From IMG/VR virus record IMGVR_UViG_3300014204_000019: 64,000 nucleotides of DNA. One strand, given 5' to 3'. A program made the position numbers and the translations under genes. Below the pieces are notes generated by a model that made no database searches, was not told the origin of the DNA, and saw nothing but the letters and a program-made list of their open reading frames with translations. This DNA is from an uncultured virus (IMG/VR IMGVR_UViG_3300014204_000019) (taxonomy: Duplodnaviria; Heunggongvirae; Uroviricota; Caudoviricetes). Each line of letters opens with the position of its first letter. Positions within the stretch are counted from its first letter, which is position 1. This document shows, piece after piece, positions 37,836-48,389 of this stretch.

Positions 37836-38143
37836 TAGTTATAAGCTATCATTATTTTACTTATAACTATGTGATTGGTATAGTATAACACAGATCGTCG
37901 TTTTCTACATTATACTAAATAATATATTTTGCAGGTAAATTGTTATATTATCATAATGACCAATATCGTTTTCTCTTTTTTCTCTTTTTTCTCTTTTTAA
38001 CCATTATAAGCTATCATCATCTTACTTATAATAGCACATCATAGCAAGGCGTAATATATTAAATAATATGTCTCTTGGCGTATTATAAAACATAATATAT
38101 TAGATAATACATCTCTTGGCGTATTAACATGATGACCGATATC
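37836..38143. repeat. intergenic degenerate duplication with repeated hairpins
   Basis: TTATAAGCTATCAT..T.TTACTTATAA at 37839 and 38004; TAATATATTA.ATAATA..TCTCTTGGCGTATTA at 38052 and 38093. Confidence 0.75.
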
Positions 38144-38164
38144 TTTTACAACATAGTATAAAAA

Positions 38165-38605
38165 TTATGCAGTCTTCTCTCTCATCTGTGCCGGTGGACA
38201 ATTACTCTGTTCGAAGTAATTTCTGATAGCATTTTTCGGGTTTGGAAATTCTGTATTTCCAGGTTGAAATACAATTTCTGCGCCAAAAGTACAACCATAA
38301 ATATCCTGCGTATCAAAACCTACAACACCGGCTTGTAATTTACCACAAGCTTTCCATAACGGTTGAAGAAATGAAAGCGATTGCATTGGATTATCTTTTG
38401 AAATATAATAATGCATATATAACGTTTCCACTTTTTCATTATCTACCATACATGGATCAGGTTGAAGAATCTTGAATTCAAATTGAATGTCGTTATTTCC
38501 TTTATCGTTCACTTTCTCTTTTGATGATATTACTTGAAGAAGATAAATACCATCAGGAACCGCTTTCAAAACTGGAGCTGCTGAAAGATCAAACTCGTAA
38601 CGCAT
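38165..38605 (-). CDS. DUF669-like single-stranded DNA-binding protein
   Basis: VPDGIY.L.V, I.FEFKI, LWKACG, N.IRNY; follows AAA_24 ATPase. Confidence 0.65.
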   Translation of the reverse strand: MRYEFDLSAAPVLKAVPDGIYLLQVISSKEKVNDKGNNDIQFEFKILQPDPCMVDNEKVETLYMHYYISKDNPMQSLSFLQPLWKACGKLQAGVVGFDTQDIYGCTFGAEIVFQPGNTEFPNPKNAIRNYFEQSNCPPAQMREKTA

Positions 38606-38665
38606 TTAGTTTATTCTCCTTTAAATTGTTTTGTTTGTCTTTTTAATTTTGTCATTGTTGTTACA

Positions 38666-39517
38666 TTATAGAATATTAAGCTTATCGTAATTCAACGCTT
38701 TATCTTTTGCGTATTGTCTTGCTTGTTCCTCCTTAAGATAACCATAATGTTTACCTACCCGTAATACGTATTCCTCAAACGATAATTCAGAGGGCATTCC
38801 AGGTGTTTGTGTTTTTAAATCAACAATATTTTCTTTTGTAGTTTGTATCCTCCTTTGTGCTTGGTTTCCAGTACCAACAACTTTTGTTAGTATGGTTTCG
38901 TTAAAATATAACATAATCGTGCTACCGCCGATTGCATTACCTTTTACTTTTGGCATGATTTTCGGTGGAGAATTATCCTCAAAGACCATGTATTCGGTGT
39001 GCACTGTTAATATTGCACCCATTTTATCACATATCTTAATATACTCGATAAAGAAATCATTACTTATAACACGCTCAAAAGCACCGTAATCTGCTTTGTC
39101 GGTCATGTTAACATTACGATATTTTATACGATTCTTGATAACACGATTTCCCATTTGTATTATTATATCGTTAAAAATTGCATTTTGTATCGTGGTGAAA
39201 GAATCGCCGGCGATAAAGGAATAATTTTCTTTATTTCCTTCAGCATAAATTTTTTCTGTATCATCACAAAATCTCTTCCACGCTGTTGGGGAATTTGGAT
39301 CTTTATCGACGTATAATTCTACTGTTACATCGAATCCTTTTCCTTTTAATGTTGGATAACCCTTATCGAAATCCCCCATGAAAATCCCAGACGTGTTTCC
39401 ATAATTCTTGGTCATCTCGTGTAACATCCCTATAAGATGAGTTTTTCCAGAACCCGGATCACCAAGAATTAAAATACGTGGAAACATCATTTCCGCTTCT
39501 GTTGCTTTAAAAGGCAT
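38666..39517 (-). CDS. AAA_24/Sak4-like ATPase
   Basis: ILILGDPGSGKT, DFDKG, GDSFT, ILTVH. Confidence 0.8.
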   Translation of the reverse strand: MPFKATEAEMMFPRILILGDPGSGKTHLIGMLHEMTKNYGNTSGIFMGDFDKGYPTLKGKGFDVTVELYVDKDPNSPTAWKRFCDDTEKIYAEGNKENYSFIAGDSFTTIQNAIFNDIIIQMGNRVIKNRIKYRNVNMTDKADYGAFERVISNDFFIEYIKICDKMGAILTVHTEYMVFEDNSPPKIMPKVKGNAIGGSTIMLYFNETILTKVVGTGNQAQRRIQTTKENIVDLKTQTPGMPSELSFEEYVLRVGKHYGYLKEEQARQYAKDKALNYDKLNIL

Positions 39518-39708
39518 TTTTATTTTTTCCTTTTTTTATCTGTTTTTTATAAGCGTTATTATAACAAAAGCTCCTGCAATTATAACTATACTAGATACAA
39601 ATGCTTCGGGCCATGTCATATTTTTATACTTTCTACGTTTTATGATAAATATATAATACACCAAGTACCACAGCGGCAAAGATAGCTATTGCGAAATATA
39701 TCATAATT

Positions 39709-39936
39709 TCACACTTTTTCATCCTTCTTAAGGTTTTTAACATCTTGTAAAATAAGAAAGTTTGATAACGCTTTCAAATCTTCGGCAGACATATCCTGTA
39801 TTATAGTATATTTATATTTCAAAGTATCCATTGTAAATTCAGACCCTTTTTTCGCAGGTAAGATTTTCTTCAGGAATTCCAAGTTTAAAGAAAATCTTAT
39901 TGTTTGCTTTTTTGGTGGATGTTGGAGTTCTTTCAT
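39709..39936 (-). CDS. hypothetical protein
   Basis: ORF track. Confidence 0.5.
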   Translation of the reverse strand: MKELQHPPKKQTIRFSLNLEFLKKILPAKKGSEFTMDTLKYKYTIIQDMSAEDLKALSNFLILQDVKNLKKDEKV

Positions 39937-39942
39937 TTTGTT

Positions 39943-40260
39943 TTATTTTTCTCCTTGTGACTTTTTATTTTCGTTTAATTTTATTTCGTTAATTACATTA
40001 ACCATATCTTCTGTTGAAATTGTAAAAAACGTTATATCTTCATCTAATTTTATATCGTTTTTAGCTAACAAAAATAAACGCTCAAGCATTTTTCTATGAA
40101 AAAGTGCGTTATTTTTGCTAACATGTTTAATCATATAATTTAAAAAATCGTCGTCTGACATTACAATACATGAAGCGACATGCGCCATAATTTGTGCATG
40201 ATATAAGTCAACATTAGAACTGGTAGTATACTCTTTATAAACGCTAGTATCCTCAGGCAT
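39943..40260 (-). CDS. hypothetical protein
   Basis: ORF track. Confidence 0.55.
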   Translation of the reverse strand: MPEDTSVYKEYTTSSNVDLYHAQIMAHVASCIVMSDDDFLNYMIKHVSKNNALFHRKMLERLFLLAKNDIKLDEDITFFTISTEDMVNVINEIKLNENKKSQGEK

Positions 40261-40265
40261 AATCT

Positions 40266-41359
40266 CTAACCCGCTTTTTTCTCATTAATAAACTTATCCG
40301 TTTCTTTAACTTCGATTTTATCAACAGCACTTAAATTCTCTTTTAAATCTATTTCTACAACCTTTTTAGTGTCTGAATCCTCAAATAATTCAAAAGGTGA
40401 CCATTTCACTATATCAAAAGAACCCTCAACCAACAATTGTAGCATAAGATCATTCTTACACATGCATAATCGACGGTATTCGCATTCTCCGTATTTTCCC
40501 ATACAACTATTTGTTTCCATCGGGAAACCGTCTACACCTTCAGATATACTTTGTGAGATTTGTTTAAGCTGATAGTTTACATGTGACATGTGTTGTATAA
40601 GTTGCGAATCTGTACGTTCTGTTTCAACACGATCGAATAGTTTATCGGAAGTTTCCGTGGGATCGCCTCTTTTGTAATCTTTAACACGAATACCGTTAAT
40701 TAGTGCAGTATTTACTGGTTGTCCTAGGTATTCGGATGCGGCGAATAAATATTTTGATATTTGATTGTTTGGATTAAATTGCGCTTTCCATTTATCAGAT
40801 AGAAGGCTTTTTGTAGTTTTATGGTCTATAACTACAAGTTTATTATTATAATTTATCTTTCCGAGCAGATCTATAAGTCCTATTATTATACCGTTAGGAA
40901 GATCGAGCGCAAATCCGGTTTCAGTATAAGGTAAACCAGAAGAATCCCGAAGAACTGTGAAATACTCCTTATCTAAAGGATGATATTCTTTATATTTTTT
41001 ACACAGAATAAACGCGAATTCCGCGGAATATTCTTGAAGCAAACCGCTATCTATAGCAAGTTGACGTGTTGTCGCGATTCTGGAGTTCTTTTTAAACGCG
41101 CTTTTACAGAATGCTTCAAAACAAACATCAAATGTATAATCACCTGTATAGTACAATTCTAAAAATTTGTGAAAAGCGGTTCCAAAAGTCAATGATACCT
41201 TTTCCACCTTCTCGTGTAAGGATAAAAGCACGCGATATAGAAATTTTCGTTGGCACTCTTCGAAAACAGAAAGCGAGGAATTATCCATAACTATAACATC
41301 GGGATTTTTTTCCGCACATATTATGTTAGTTAGATTATCATTTAGATAATTACTTGTCA
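40266..41359 (-). CDS. PD-(D/E)XK Cas4/RecB-like exonuclease
   Basis: SSLSVFEECQRK, FGTAFH, GLIDLL...VIDHKT, C.....CEY..LC; start placed at MTSNY (ORF track start 41414). Confidence 0.85.
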
Positions 41360-41559
41360 TTGGATTATATATCCTTCTTTTACTGTTGATGAAGCAGAAC
41401 ACATGCAAGCACAATAAGGTTTACCATCCTTTATTTCCACGATTCTATGACATAGAATAATACCAGTCACATCATCTTTAAGATGTTCGGAAACAGGATG
41501 TTTACACTTGAAACAGATAGGTTCGTTATCTTTATCTTCAACATTATTACACATTGCGA

Positions 41560-41880
41560 TCACCTTTTTGGATTTATTGGCTCCTGAACTAGCAACGCCA
41601 TATCCCAACCACATAACACTAGATATTTATCACCTTTACGATAATACTCCTTTGATTTCATAATAGATATAATAGAAACTTCCAGATCATGCTGCGATAT
41701 ATTTTTTATAGTACCCTGCCAAAGATTAATATCCGATACAGGTAAAAAATAATCTACCATTTTAAAGGGTATCTTTACAGCATTAGGTTTAAAGCGGAAT
41801 TTGTCTATACCAATTTTTGGCAGTTCAAATACGGTGCAGCAATTATTAGTCGAATTAACATAAAACATTTTTGTTTTCAT
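41560..41880 (-). CDS. hypothetical protein
   Basis: ORF track. Confidence 0.5.
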   Translation of the reverse strand: MKTKMFYVNSTNNCCTVFELPKIGIDKFRFKPNAVKIPFKMVDYFLPVSDINLWQGTIKNISQHDLEVSIISIMKSKEYYRKGDKYLVLCGWDMALLVQEPINPKR

Positions 41881-42188
41881 GACGTTTCCTTTTTTATACC
41901 TTCTTCTTCCGCAACTTTAAACGCAGCAAGAATCTCCCTTGCCTTATCAGGTGTTTTCACTACCTCTAATATTTTATCAAGAGGTGTTTTTCTTTTTGAT
42001 GTGGTAAATCTCATAAGTCGCATTTTTTGTAAATCTATAATTATATCTTCAAGTTCGCTATCCGAGATCATGCCAATATCTTTATTTTTGAAAACCTTAA
42101 TTAAATCAAAAGTTGGATCGCCAACATTTCTGTTACGATTTATTTTGACTTTTGTTGGTTTGTTTGGATCTTTTTTTCCGTGTGGCAT
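41877..42188 (-). CDS. hypothetical protein
   Basis: ORF track. Confidence 0.55.
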   Translation of the reverse strand: MPHGKKDPNKPTKVKINRNRNVGDPTFDLIKVFKNKDIGMISDSELEDIIIDLQKMRLMRFTTSKRKTPLDKILEVVKTPDKAREILAAFKVAEEEGIKKETS

Positions 42189-42192
42189 CGGT

Positions 42193-42393
42193 TTAATCCA
42201 ATATAAAAATTACTATCACTAATCCAATAATTAAAATTACAGCTACAGCTAATTCAAGCATATATTTATCTTGTATACGCATTAAATACGGTATAAGACG
42301 TAATAAACTTAAAAATAAAAAGGTAATTCCAAGTACTATAACACATGGAACAACCAATTCTTGAAAAGCAGAAAAACGCATAAAAGATAACAT
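42193..42393 (-). CDS. small two-TM protein
   Basis: hydrophobic pattern. Confidence 0.5.
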   Translation of the reverse strand: MLSFMRFSAFQELVVPCVIVLGITFLFLSLLRLIPYLMRIQDKYMLELAVAVILIIGLVIVIFILD

Positions 42394-42400
42394 ATAGTTT

Positions 42401-42703
42401 TTAATCTATTTTGAGGTTTTCTGCGGTAATTTCAATGTCGGTTATAACATTATCGTTTTCAGAATCGATGTCTTCACTTTTTGATGATCCTGATCCTAAA
42501 CCTAAACCTAGGCTTCTTCCACTTGCTGCAAGCGCAATAAAATAATTATTACAACTCTCTTTCAACCATCTCGCCCCAAGTTCCTCTTTTGTTATACCTT
42601 CGATCGCTGCCGCGAGTTTCCAATTTTTATTTAATTCTTCAGGTATATTACGAAATGTGAATACCTTAAGATCTTCAATGTTTTCAGTATTGTTATTGGA
42701 CAT
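42401..42703 (-). CDS. ribbon-helix-helix-like DNA-binding protein
   Basis: FTFRNIPEEL...WK.AAA.EG.T Arc/RHH pattern; acidic tail. Confidence 0.55.
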   Translation of the reverse strand: MSNNNTENIEDLKVFTFRNIPEELNKNWKLAAAIEGITKEELGARWLKESCNNYFIALAASGRSLGLGLGSGSSKSEDIDSENDNVITDIEITAENLKID

Positions 42704-42713
42704 TATTACTTCC

Positions 42714-43016
42714 TTATTTTATTGTCGAATCCGTGTTATTATTAATATTATTATCTACTGTAGTATCGTGTTCTGTATTAGTAAGTGTGGGGGATTCTTC
42801 TTCCTCATCATCCTCATTCATGTACGCATATGTTAACTCGGTCACATCTTTAATCTCTTGTAACGTTGTACTCATGATTCTTAGTTGCTTAAGCTGTTCT
42901 TCTTGAATATGAAATACATATTCAGTTAAATCAAATTTTTCATTACATAAAGGACATTGTCGTTTCGCGGTTAAATCCATAATTTTAGCACTCCAGCTGT
43001 TTAGGTAATATTTCAA
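42714..43016 (-). CDS. hypothetical protein with CxxC motif
   Basis: CPLC...H; acidic tail. Confidence 0.5.
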   Translation of the reverse strand: MKYYLNSWSAKIMDLTAKRQCPLCNEKFDLTEYVFHIQEEQLKQLRIMSTTLQEIKDVTELTYAYMNEDDEEEESPTLTNTEHDTTVDNNINNNTDSTIK

Positions 43017-43246
43017 CTAAACGTTCAATACGTACGACTCTATTTGACAGCTTTACCGCTTCATTAAGTGATACAATAAATATTTGCAACGATAAACCTG
43101 TATATTTATCGATCTCGTGTTTTGAAAAATGTATAGCATCATCTAAATTTGTTGTACCACCAAGTTTATTACCCCAAAACGTAACGTGTTCTACAGTTGA
43201 TGCTTTAGAGTTAGTTAAATCGATTATAACATATTCATCTTCATTG

Positions 43247-43813
43247 TTATCGTTTAACATAAACGTAATCCCTCCATGCGCGTTTCGCCATTTCACACAT
43301 ATTACAAGTTGTTTCAAAATCTCTTACAGTATAAGTGTTGTAATCCCATTTAACACTCATATTCTTTTTTCCTCGATATGGATCAAACCATTGAATTTCT
43401 CCAAGTGTTGAAAAACCATCGCAAACTCTAATCTTATAATTAAAATTTACTTTACGAATTTGTGTGATTGTTTCATTTATTGAGGTTATATAAGATTGAG
43501 AGAACCAATCTTCTGGTTTGTACTTTGGAGAAATATCAAATACAACAAGTCGTCTTGAAGGAATAGAAAGTGTTTTATTTACATTTATATTGAAGTGCGT
43601 TGCAACAAGCGTTGTTGTTGTGTCTTGTGTTAAACAGATTAAATTATTAAGATATAACTCGAATAAATAGAGTTGAAACGAGCTTGACATACTATCAAGA
43701 TCATCAGCGTATTCAGAGATATAACTTAATAACTTATTCTTTTCGCTGATGTCTAAAATGTTATTAGACATCGAAGCGATTCGTAATGCTAATTCTTGAA
43801 CTTTTGTGTACAT
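43247..43813 (-). CDS. hypothetical protein
   Basis: ORF track. Confidence 0.55.
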   Translation of the reverse strand: MYTKVQELALRIASMSNNILDISEKNKLLSYISEYADDLDSMSSSFQLYLFELYLNNLICLTQDTTTTLVATHFNINVNKTLSIPSRRLVVFDISPKYKPEDWFSQSYITSINETITQIRKVNFNYKIRVCDGFSTLGEIQWFDPYRGKKNMSVKWDYNTYTVRDFETTCNMCEMAKRAWRDYVYVKR

Positions 43814-43848
43814 AAGTTTTTATATTTTACTTAAAGTTAAAAGAAAAA

Positions 43849-43909
43849 AAGAAGCTAAAAAGTTTTTATAAAATCATATAACTAAAAGTATAATACTTTT
43901 TAGCTTCTT
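43849..43909 (-). terminator. long-loop intrinsic terminator candidate
   Basis: 15-bp IR AAGAAGCTAAAAAGT / ACTTTTTAGCTTCTT; U tract follows on the - strand. Confidence 0.6.
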
Positions 43910-43960
43910 CATTATAGATTTCTATTGTTTCTTTATGAAAAGATTAAGTTGATAATCATA

Positions 43961-44254
43961 TTAATTATCATCTTCGTCTTCACTGGTATCATCATCTTCA
44001 TCATCTTCATCAATATCGATATAATCTTCATCATCTTCATCATCTTCATCGAAGATGTTTTCGTCATTATCTGTTTCTTCTTCATCCGCGTCATTTGCAT
44101 CAGCGCAAGTAACAGAACAAAATGATTCAGCATCATAATTCTGCTCTTCTTTTATCTGTACTACCTCTTTATCTGTAATAATATAAGCGTCTCCACAATA
44201 CCTACAGATAAGAGTAAAAATTTCATCTTTTTCTTTTGTGATATTATCAACCAT
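43961..44254 (-). CDS. zinc-finger-like protein with extremely acidic C-terminal tail
   Basis: CRYC...FCSVTC followed by D/E-rich tail; start placed at MVDNI after GAAAGG. Confidence 0.6.
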   Translation of the reverse strand: MVDNITKEKDEIFTLICRYCGDAYIITDKEVVQIKEEQNYDAESFCSVTCADANDADEEETDNDENIFDEDDEDDEDYIDIDEDDEDDDTSEDEDDN

Positions 44255-44261
44255 TTGTTTT

Positions 44262-44594
44262 TTACCTTTCGTTTTCGTTTTCTTTTTCTTTTTCTTTTTC
44301 TTTTTCTTTTTCTTTTTCGTCATCTTCTATTTCAAAAAGTTTAATCCGCACATTCACATCTATATTATACTCTAATTGTATTATTGCTTTTTCTAACTCA
44401 TACAATGCATCTTTTACAGTCTCACTAGCGATTCTAATATCCTTAATTTTACCATAACGCGCTAAATTTATAGCATCTAAATCGATGTAATTCACTTTTA
44501 ACGCATTTTCACGATTTCTTGCGATATTATAAATACGTCCTATTTCATCCAGCATTTCAAATAATGTTTTTCTACATGATATTTCTGTTTGCAT
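44262..44594 (-). CDS. hypothetical protein with EK-repeat tail
   Basis: first gene after the promoter at 44648-44676. Confidence 0.55.
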   Translation of the reverse strand: MQTEISCRKTLFEMLDEIGRIYNIARNRENALKVNYIDLDAINLARYGKIKDIRIASETVKDALYELEKAIIQLEYNIDVNVRIKLFEIEDDEKEKEKEKEKEKENENER

Positions 44595-44647
44595 ATTTTT
44601 TGCTTAGCGATTCAAAGTGGTTCGAAATGGTCTAAGGTGGTGTATAA

Positions 44648-44676
44648 AGCTTACCATAAGGCTTAAGAGAAGTCAA
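44648..44676 (-). promoter_or_regulatory. sigma70-type promoter
   Basis: TTGACT-17 nt-TAAGCT with extended TG; GATTCCGC upstream. Confidence 0.7.
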
Positions 44677-44791
44677 GCGGAATCAAGCACCTTGGAGCAG
44701 GTCAAGCTCGATTTTTCCCTTGACAAGGGCTCTTAGAGGCTTAGACAGACCAGCTAAAGACCGAAGAATATAGTATGTTTATTTTATCATT

Positions 44792-45004
44792 TTATTCTCG
44801 GTAATTTATATTATCATCATTTAACGCTTTTTCCACGGATTCGCGTGTTTCATAATAGTGCGATTCCCGTGAATAAGGTCCACAATTACATTGTGTTCCA
44901 ATATAATATCCAGCAGGTGAGTATAATACTTCAAGTTTTAGTTTGATTTTACAAATTGAACAAACTCTTGGCGCGCCCGAGTGGATTGTCTCTCCTAGCA
45001 ACAT
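44792..45004 (-). CDS. small Cys-containing phage protein
   Basis: VLYSPAGYYIGT.C.CGPYSRES.YY. Confidence 0.6.
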   Translation of the reverse strand: MLLGETIHSGAPRVCSICKIKLKLEVLYSPAGYYIGTQCNCGPYSRESHYYETRESVEKALNDDNINYRE

Positions 45005-45115
45005 AAATTATTTTTCCTTTCTTCTAAAAATTCTTATGGTTTATCTAAATAATTCCATAAAGCACCAGACAATATTTTTTGTATAATCGATAAAGAAACA
45101 TTTGCTCTTCTTGCA

Positions 45116-46297
45116 TTATAATGTTCCGTTTATCCTCTCTATTAATTTACTATTTCGTATATTTTCTTGTGTGTTTAGTATCGCTTTTCTAAAAGTTTGC
45201 GCATCGCCAACGATTATACACTTTTCCTTAAACCGCGTTATCGCGGTATACAACAAGGATCTTGTCCACATATAGGTATGTGAATTACTTACCACAATAA
45301 TACCTGCTTTAACTTCACTTCCCTGATATTTGTGGATAGTGCATACATATGCTAACATTAAATCGTATGATGATGATTTTGGATAATTTATTACTGTTTT
45401 ATCATCCTCACCATTGAAAAACTTAATTTTATAATCATAGTAATTCTCTCCGACGATCGTGCCAATATAACCATTAAATATATTAAGGTTATAATTGTTA
45501 GTTGTTTGCATTACCTTATCACCAACGGAGAATTTTTCTGACGGTACAGCCATAGGGTTTATGTAGAATCTTAACATGGTATTAAGTTCTGTTACCCCAA
45601 CTTTTGTATTATGTTGTGGTGTAAGGATTTGTATATCGGAGAGTAGGTTATAACCGTTTGTTTTGAAATCTTCGATAAATAACGGAATTTTTTCTCTTAT
45701 CTCTATTATATTCTCGCATTGAATAAATTGCATGTCGTCGTTAAAAGAGAGTTTAAGATCACCGTTATTTATTCTCTTGGCGTTTTCCGCAATAAGCGAA
45801 CCTTTATTTTGTCGATGATTTTGTGTGAGAAAGTATGTTGGGATTTTTTTACACTTTATTATATCTCGTAAGACGGCTCCTGGGCCAACAGAAGGCAATT
45901 GTGCCATATCCCCAACAAATATAAACTTAACATAATCTGGAAAACTTTGCAATAAATGCCAAAGAAGTTCAATATCTACCATTGAACTTTCATCCACAAT
46001 TACATATTTATAAGTGTACAATTTGTTATTTTTATTGTGTCTCCATTTTCCAAATCCAGCTTTAAGAAGACGGTGTATCGTTGAAGCTTTTCGTTTTGTT
46101 AATTCTGAAATACGTTTTGCGGATTTTCCCGTTGGACCGCATAATGCATAAGTGGTATTGGTGGAATCAAGCATATTACAAATCTCTGTAATAATCGCAG
46201 TTTTTCCGGACCCCGGTCCGCCGGAGATGACCATAACTTTATGATTTTTAAAGTTATCTATTACAGTTTGTTGATCTTTATCAAGATTAATACTCAT
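45116..46297 (-). CDS. recD2: RecD2-like SF1B helicase, motor part
   Basis: GGPGSGKT, STIHRLL, VDESSM, VGD.AQLPSVGPG, AY..TIHK.QGSE, LLYTAITR. Confidence 0.92.
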   Translation of the reverse strand: MSINLDKDQQTVIDNFKNHKVMVISGGPGSGKTAIITEICNMLDSTNTTYALCGPTGKSAKRISELTKRKASTIHRLLKAGFGKWRHNKNNKLYTYKYVIVDESSMVDIELLWHLLQSFPDYVKFIFVGDMAQLPSVGPGAVLRDIIKCKKIPTYFLTQNHRQNKGSLIAENAKRINNGDLKLSFNDDMQFIQCENIIEIREKIPLFIEDFKTNGYNLLSDIQILTPQHNTKVGVTELNTMLRFYINPMAVPSEKFSVGDKVMQTTNNYNLNIFNGYIGTIVGENYYDYKIKFFNGEDDKTVINYPKSSSYDLMLAYVCTIHKYQGSEVKAGIIVVSNSHTYMWTRSLLYTAITRFKEKCIIVGDAQTFRKAILNTQENIRNSKLIERINGTL

Positions 46298-47763
46298 GAT
46301 AATATTTTGTTTCCTTATGGATATAAACGGATTTAAAAATTATAGAAAAGAATCCTACATCGATAGCTTTAAACCTTTTACCTTCATACTCTGTAGGAGT
46401 ATAATACCGTTGTAAAGAATACCAATTTTTATAAAAAGCGAATTTTAATGGTCGGAATACTATTTTCATTCTTCGACCTCGTTTTTATTGTTTTTTTTTA
46501 TTGGATAGTAATTTTCGTATTTCCACTACTGGATTTAGGATTCGATTCCACGATAGCAGTTAATTCGGGTTTTAATACCACATCAATAATGTATTCAAGT
46601 GTTATCGTGTCTCTTCCTCTAACGATAACGTCAAGTGGTATTGTACGTGTTATTGACGAGTTTTCGTTTTGTTCACTCACGAAGGTAAATTCAACTTTGG
46701 TCAAGCGCATAATTTTTTATCTTCCTTTTTTTTTCTATTCTTTTTATGACGACATTTTTCAGAACAGCATTTTTGTTCTCTCGTTACCATAACATATATA
46801 TTATTACATACAACGCACGTAGATTTTTTATTTAAAGGGATAAAACCATGTCTTTTTGTAATATTACATGATTTTAGTACGTTTGGCATTTTCGGCGGCT
46901 TTGTCGGTTTTATATCCCATACATCATGACGAAATTGTTGTAATAAATATTTTACTGTTTTGTATATTGTACCTTGTCTTGCGTGTTTTCCATGTATTAA
47001 GTAAGCTAAAGATACAATTTGTTTATAATCTTCTGGTGACCATATCCACATCCAACGATAGACATGTTTCCACCGAATATCATCGATAGGCCATGGTTTA
47101 TCATGAGGATGAAAGGATATACTTTTAGATTGTTTTTTCATTTATTTTTGTGGTATCGAAATTATTAAAATCAAATACGTATTTGGTGTTATCGACATCG
47201 ATAACTTTAAACAAATGCACTCTTATACCACCAACTGATGTTTTAACTATCTCACCAACATAATTTGTTGTTGGCGCTAATTCACGAAAAAGAAATAAAA
47301 TACCGTGCAATTTAAAACGGATTACACTATGACGAGAGATTGTACGGTACAATTTACTAGACAATGCGTGATGTATGACTTCATCTGGAAGAGTAATTGT
47401 TCCTTTATAAATAAGCTCATCAACATGTTTTACACGTTTATTTTTATCTTTTGGCCATGAAATGGCTTCTCCTAAAATTAACGTACCACTTATACCTAAG
47501 AATTTTCTTCTGTTCATATGTTTTTATCTTTCTTTTTTATTTATAAAATATGATACAAAAAAGAAATCTTTTTTTGGATTATACATCCACCAAGATTGTT
47601 TTTCAGCCGTTTTTATCCAGTGGCAGAATCTACTATTATATATACATGTGCTAGTTGCATTGATGATAATGTATGCTACATGTGGTTGAAATGGACTTTT
47701 AGGTATATATCTAATAATATGTCCACGACGTAAAAGGTGCAATAATCTTTTTGTAGTCATCAT
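46287..47763 (-). other. cluster of five small hypothetical ORFs between the two RecD2 parts
   Basis: 46287..46469, 46498..46710, 46701..47141, 47125..47517, 47524..47763. Confidence 0.55.
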
Positions 47764-47778
47764 ATTTTTTTCCTAAAC

Positions 47779-48360
47779 TCAAGAAAGAAGATCCCTTAAC
47801 ATCTTTGCGACTTCAACTTCCGCAACGTGTAATCTATTAAGATAGATTCTATTTTCCTCAATGATAAGTTCTTTATTTTCGAGCATTTCTTTTAACCTCT
47901 CATTGAATAAAAGAACGTTTTGCTTCTTACATTCTTTTTCAAGAATTGTTGTGTTAAGATATACGTTACCGAAATTCTTATTTGTTTCAAGTACGCTAAG
48001 TATTAATGCCCGTTGTCGTCGAGGATCTTCGGATTTATAAGACAATTGTTTTGCACAATTGTCTGCTTTTGTGAAACCGAAACCTTCAATCTCCATAAGT
48101 TTATATACATTTTCTTTGAAGAGAATGTCATATATAAACTTCATGCCGAAGTAATCGATTGCTTTTGCAACTAGGGTTTCACCTAGTCCGATCGATTTAA
48201 GATTTTTGATAAGATCAGGATTTTCCGCGGCATAAGATTTATATTGGGTTTTGATGTCAATTTCATCGGTGTTGTTATCATCTGTGATATTATTATCAGC
48301 TTGTAATATAGACGACGAATTTTTTTTACTTATATCTACATCTTCAAAATTTATTTCCAT
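47779..48360 (-). CDS. RecD2-like N-terminal helix-hairpin-helix domain as a separate gene
   Basis: GLG..L..K...YFG, ENVYKLMEIEGFGFTKAD..A, DPRR.RA, GNVYL, IYL..L..AE.EVA. Confidence 0.85.
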   Translation of the reverse strand: MEINFEDVDISKKNSSSILQADNNITDDNNTDEIDIKTQYKSYAAENPDLIKNLKSIGLGETLVAKAIDYFGMKFIYDILFKENVYKLMEIEGFGFTKADNCAKQLSYKSEDPRRQRALILSVLETNKNFGNVYLNTTILEKECKKQNVLLFNERLKEMLENKELIIEENRIYLNRLHVAEVEVAKMLRDLLS

Positions 48361-48389
48361 GTTTTTTATCTTTCTTTTTCTTTTTCTTT

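Noticed and set aside
37836..38143. Possible mini-CRISPR array
   Set aside because: Only two copies of each unit, with irregular spacing; kept as a degenerate duplication.
44255..44323. Poly-Lys N-terminus of ORF 43961..44323
   Set aside because: It is an alternate-frame reading of the (GAAAAA)n tract of the upstream gene; a better start with RBS lies at 44254.
44600..44645. GGTTCGAA resembling a tRNA T-loop
   Set aside because: No cloverleaf or acceptor stem can be formed.
46298..47778. Self-splicing intron interrupting recD2
   Set aside because: No group I/II features or intron-type ORF were seen, and both halves have their own start and stop codons; not experimentally excluded.
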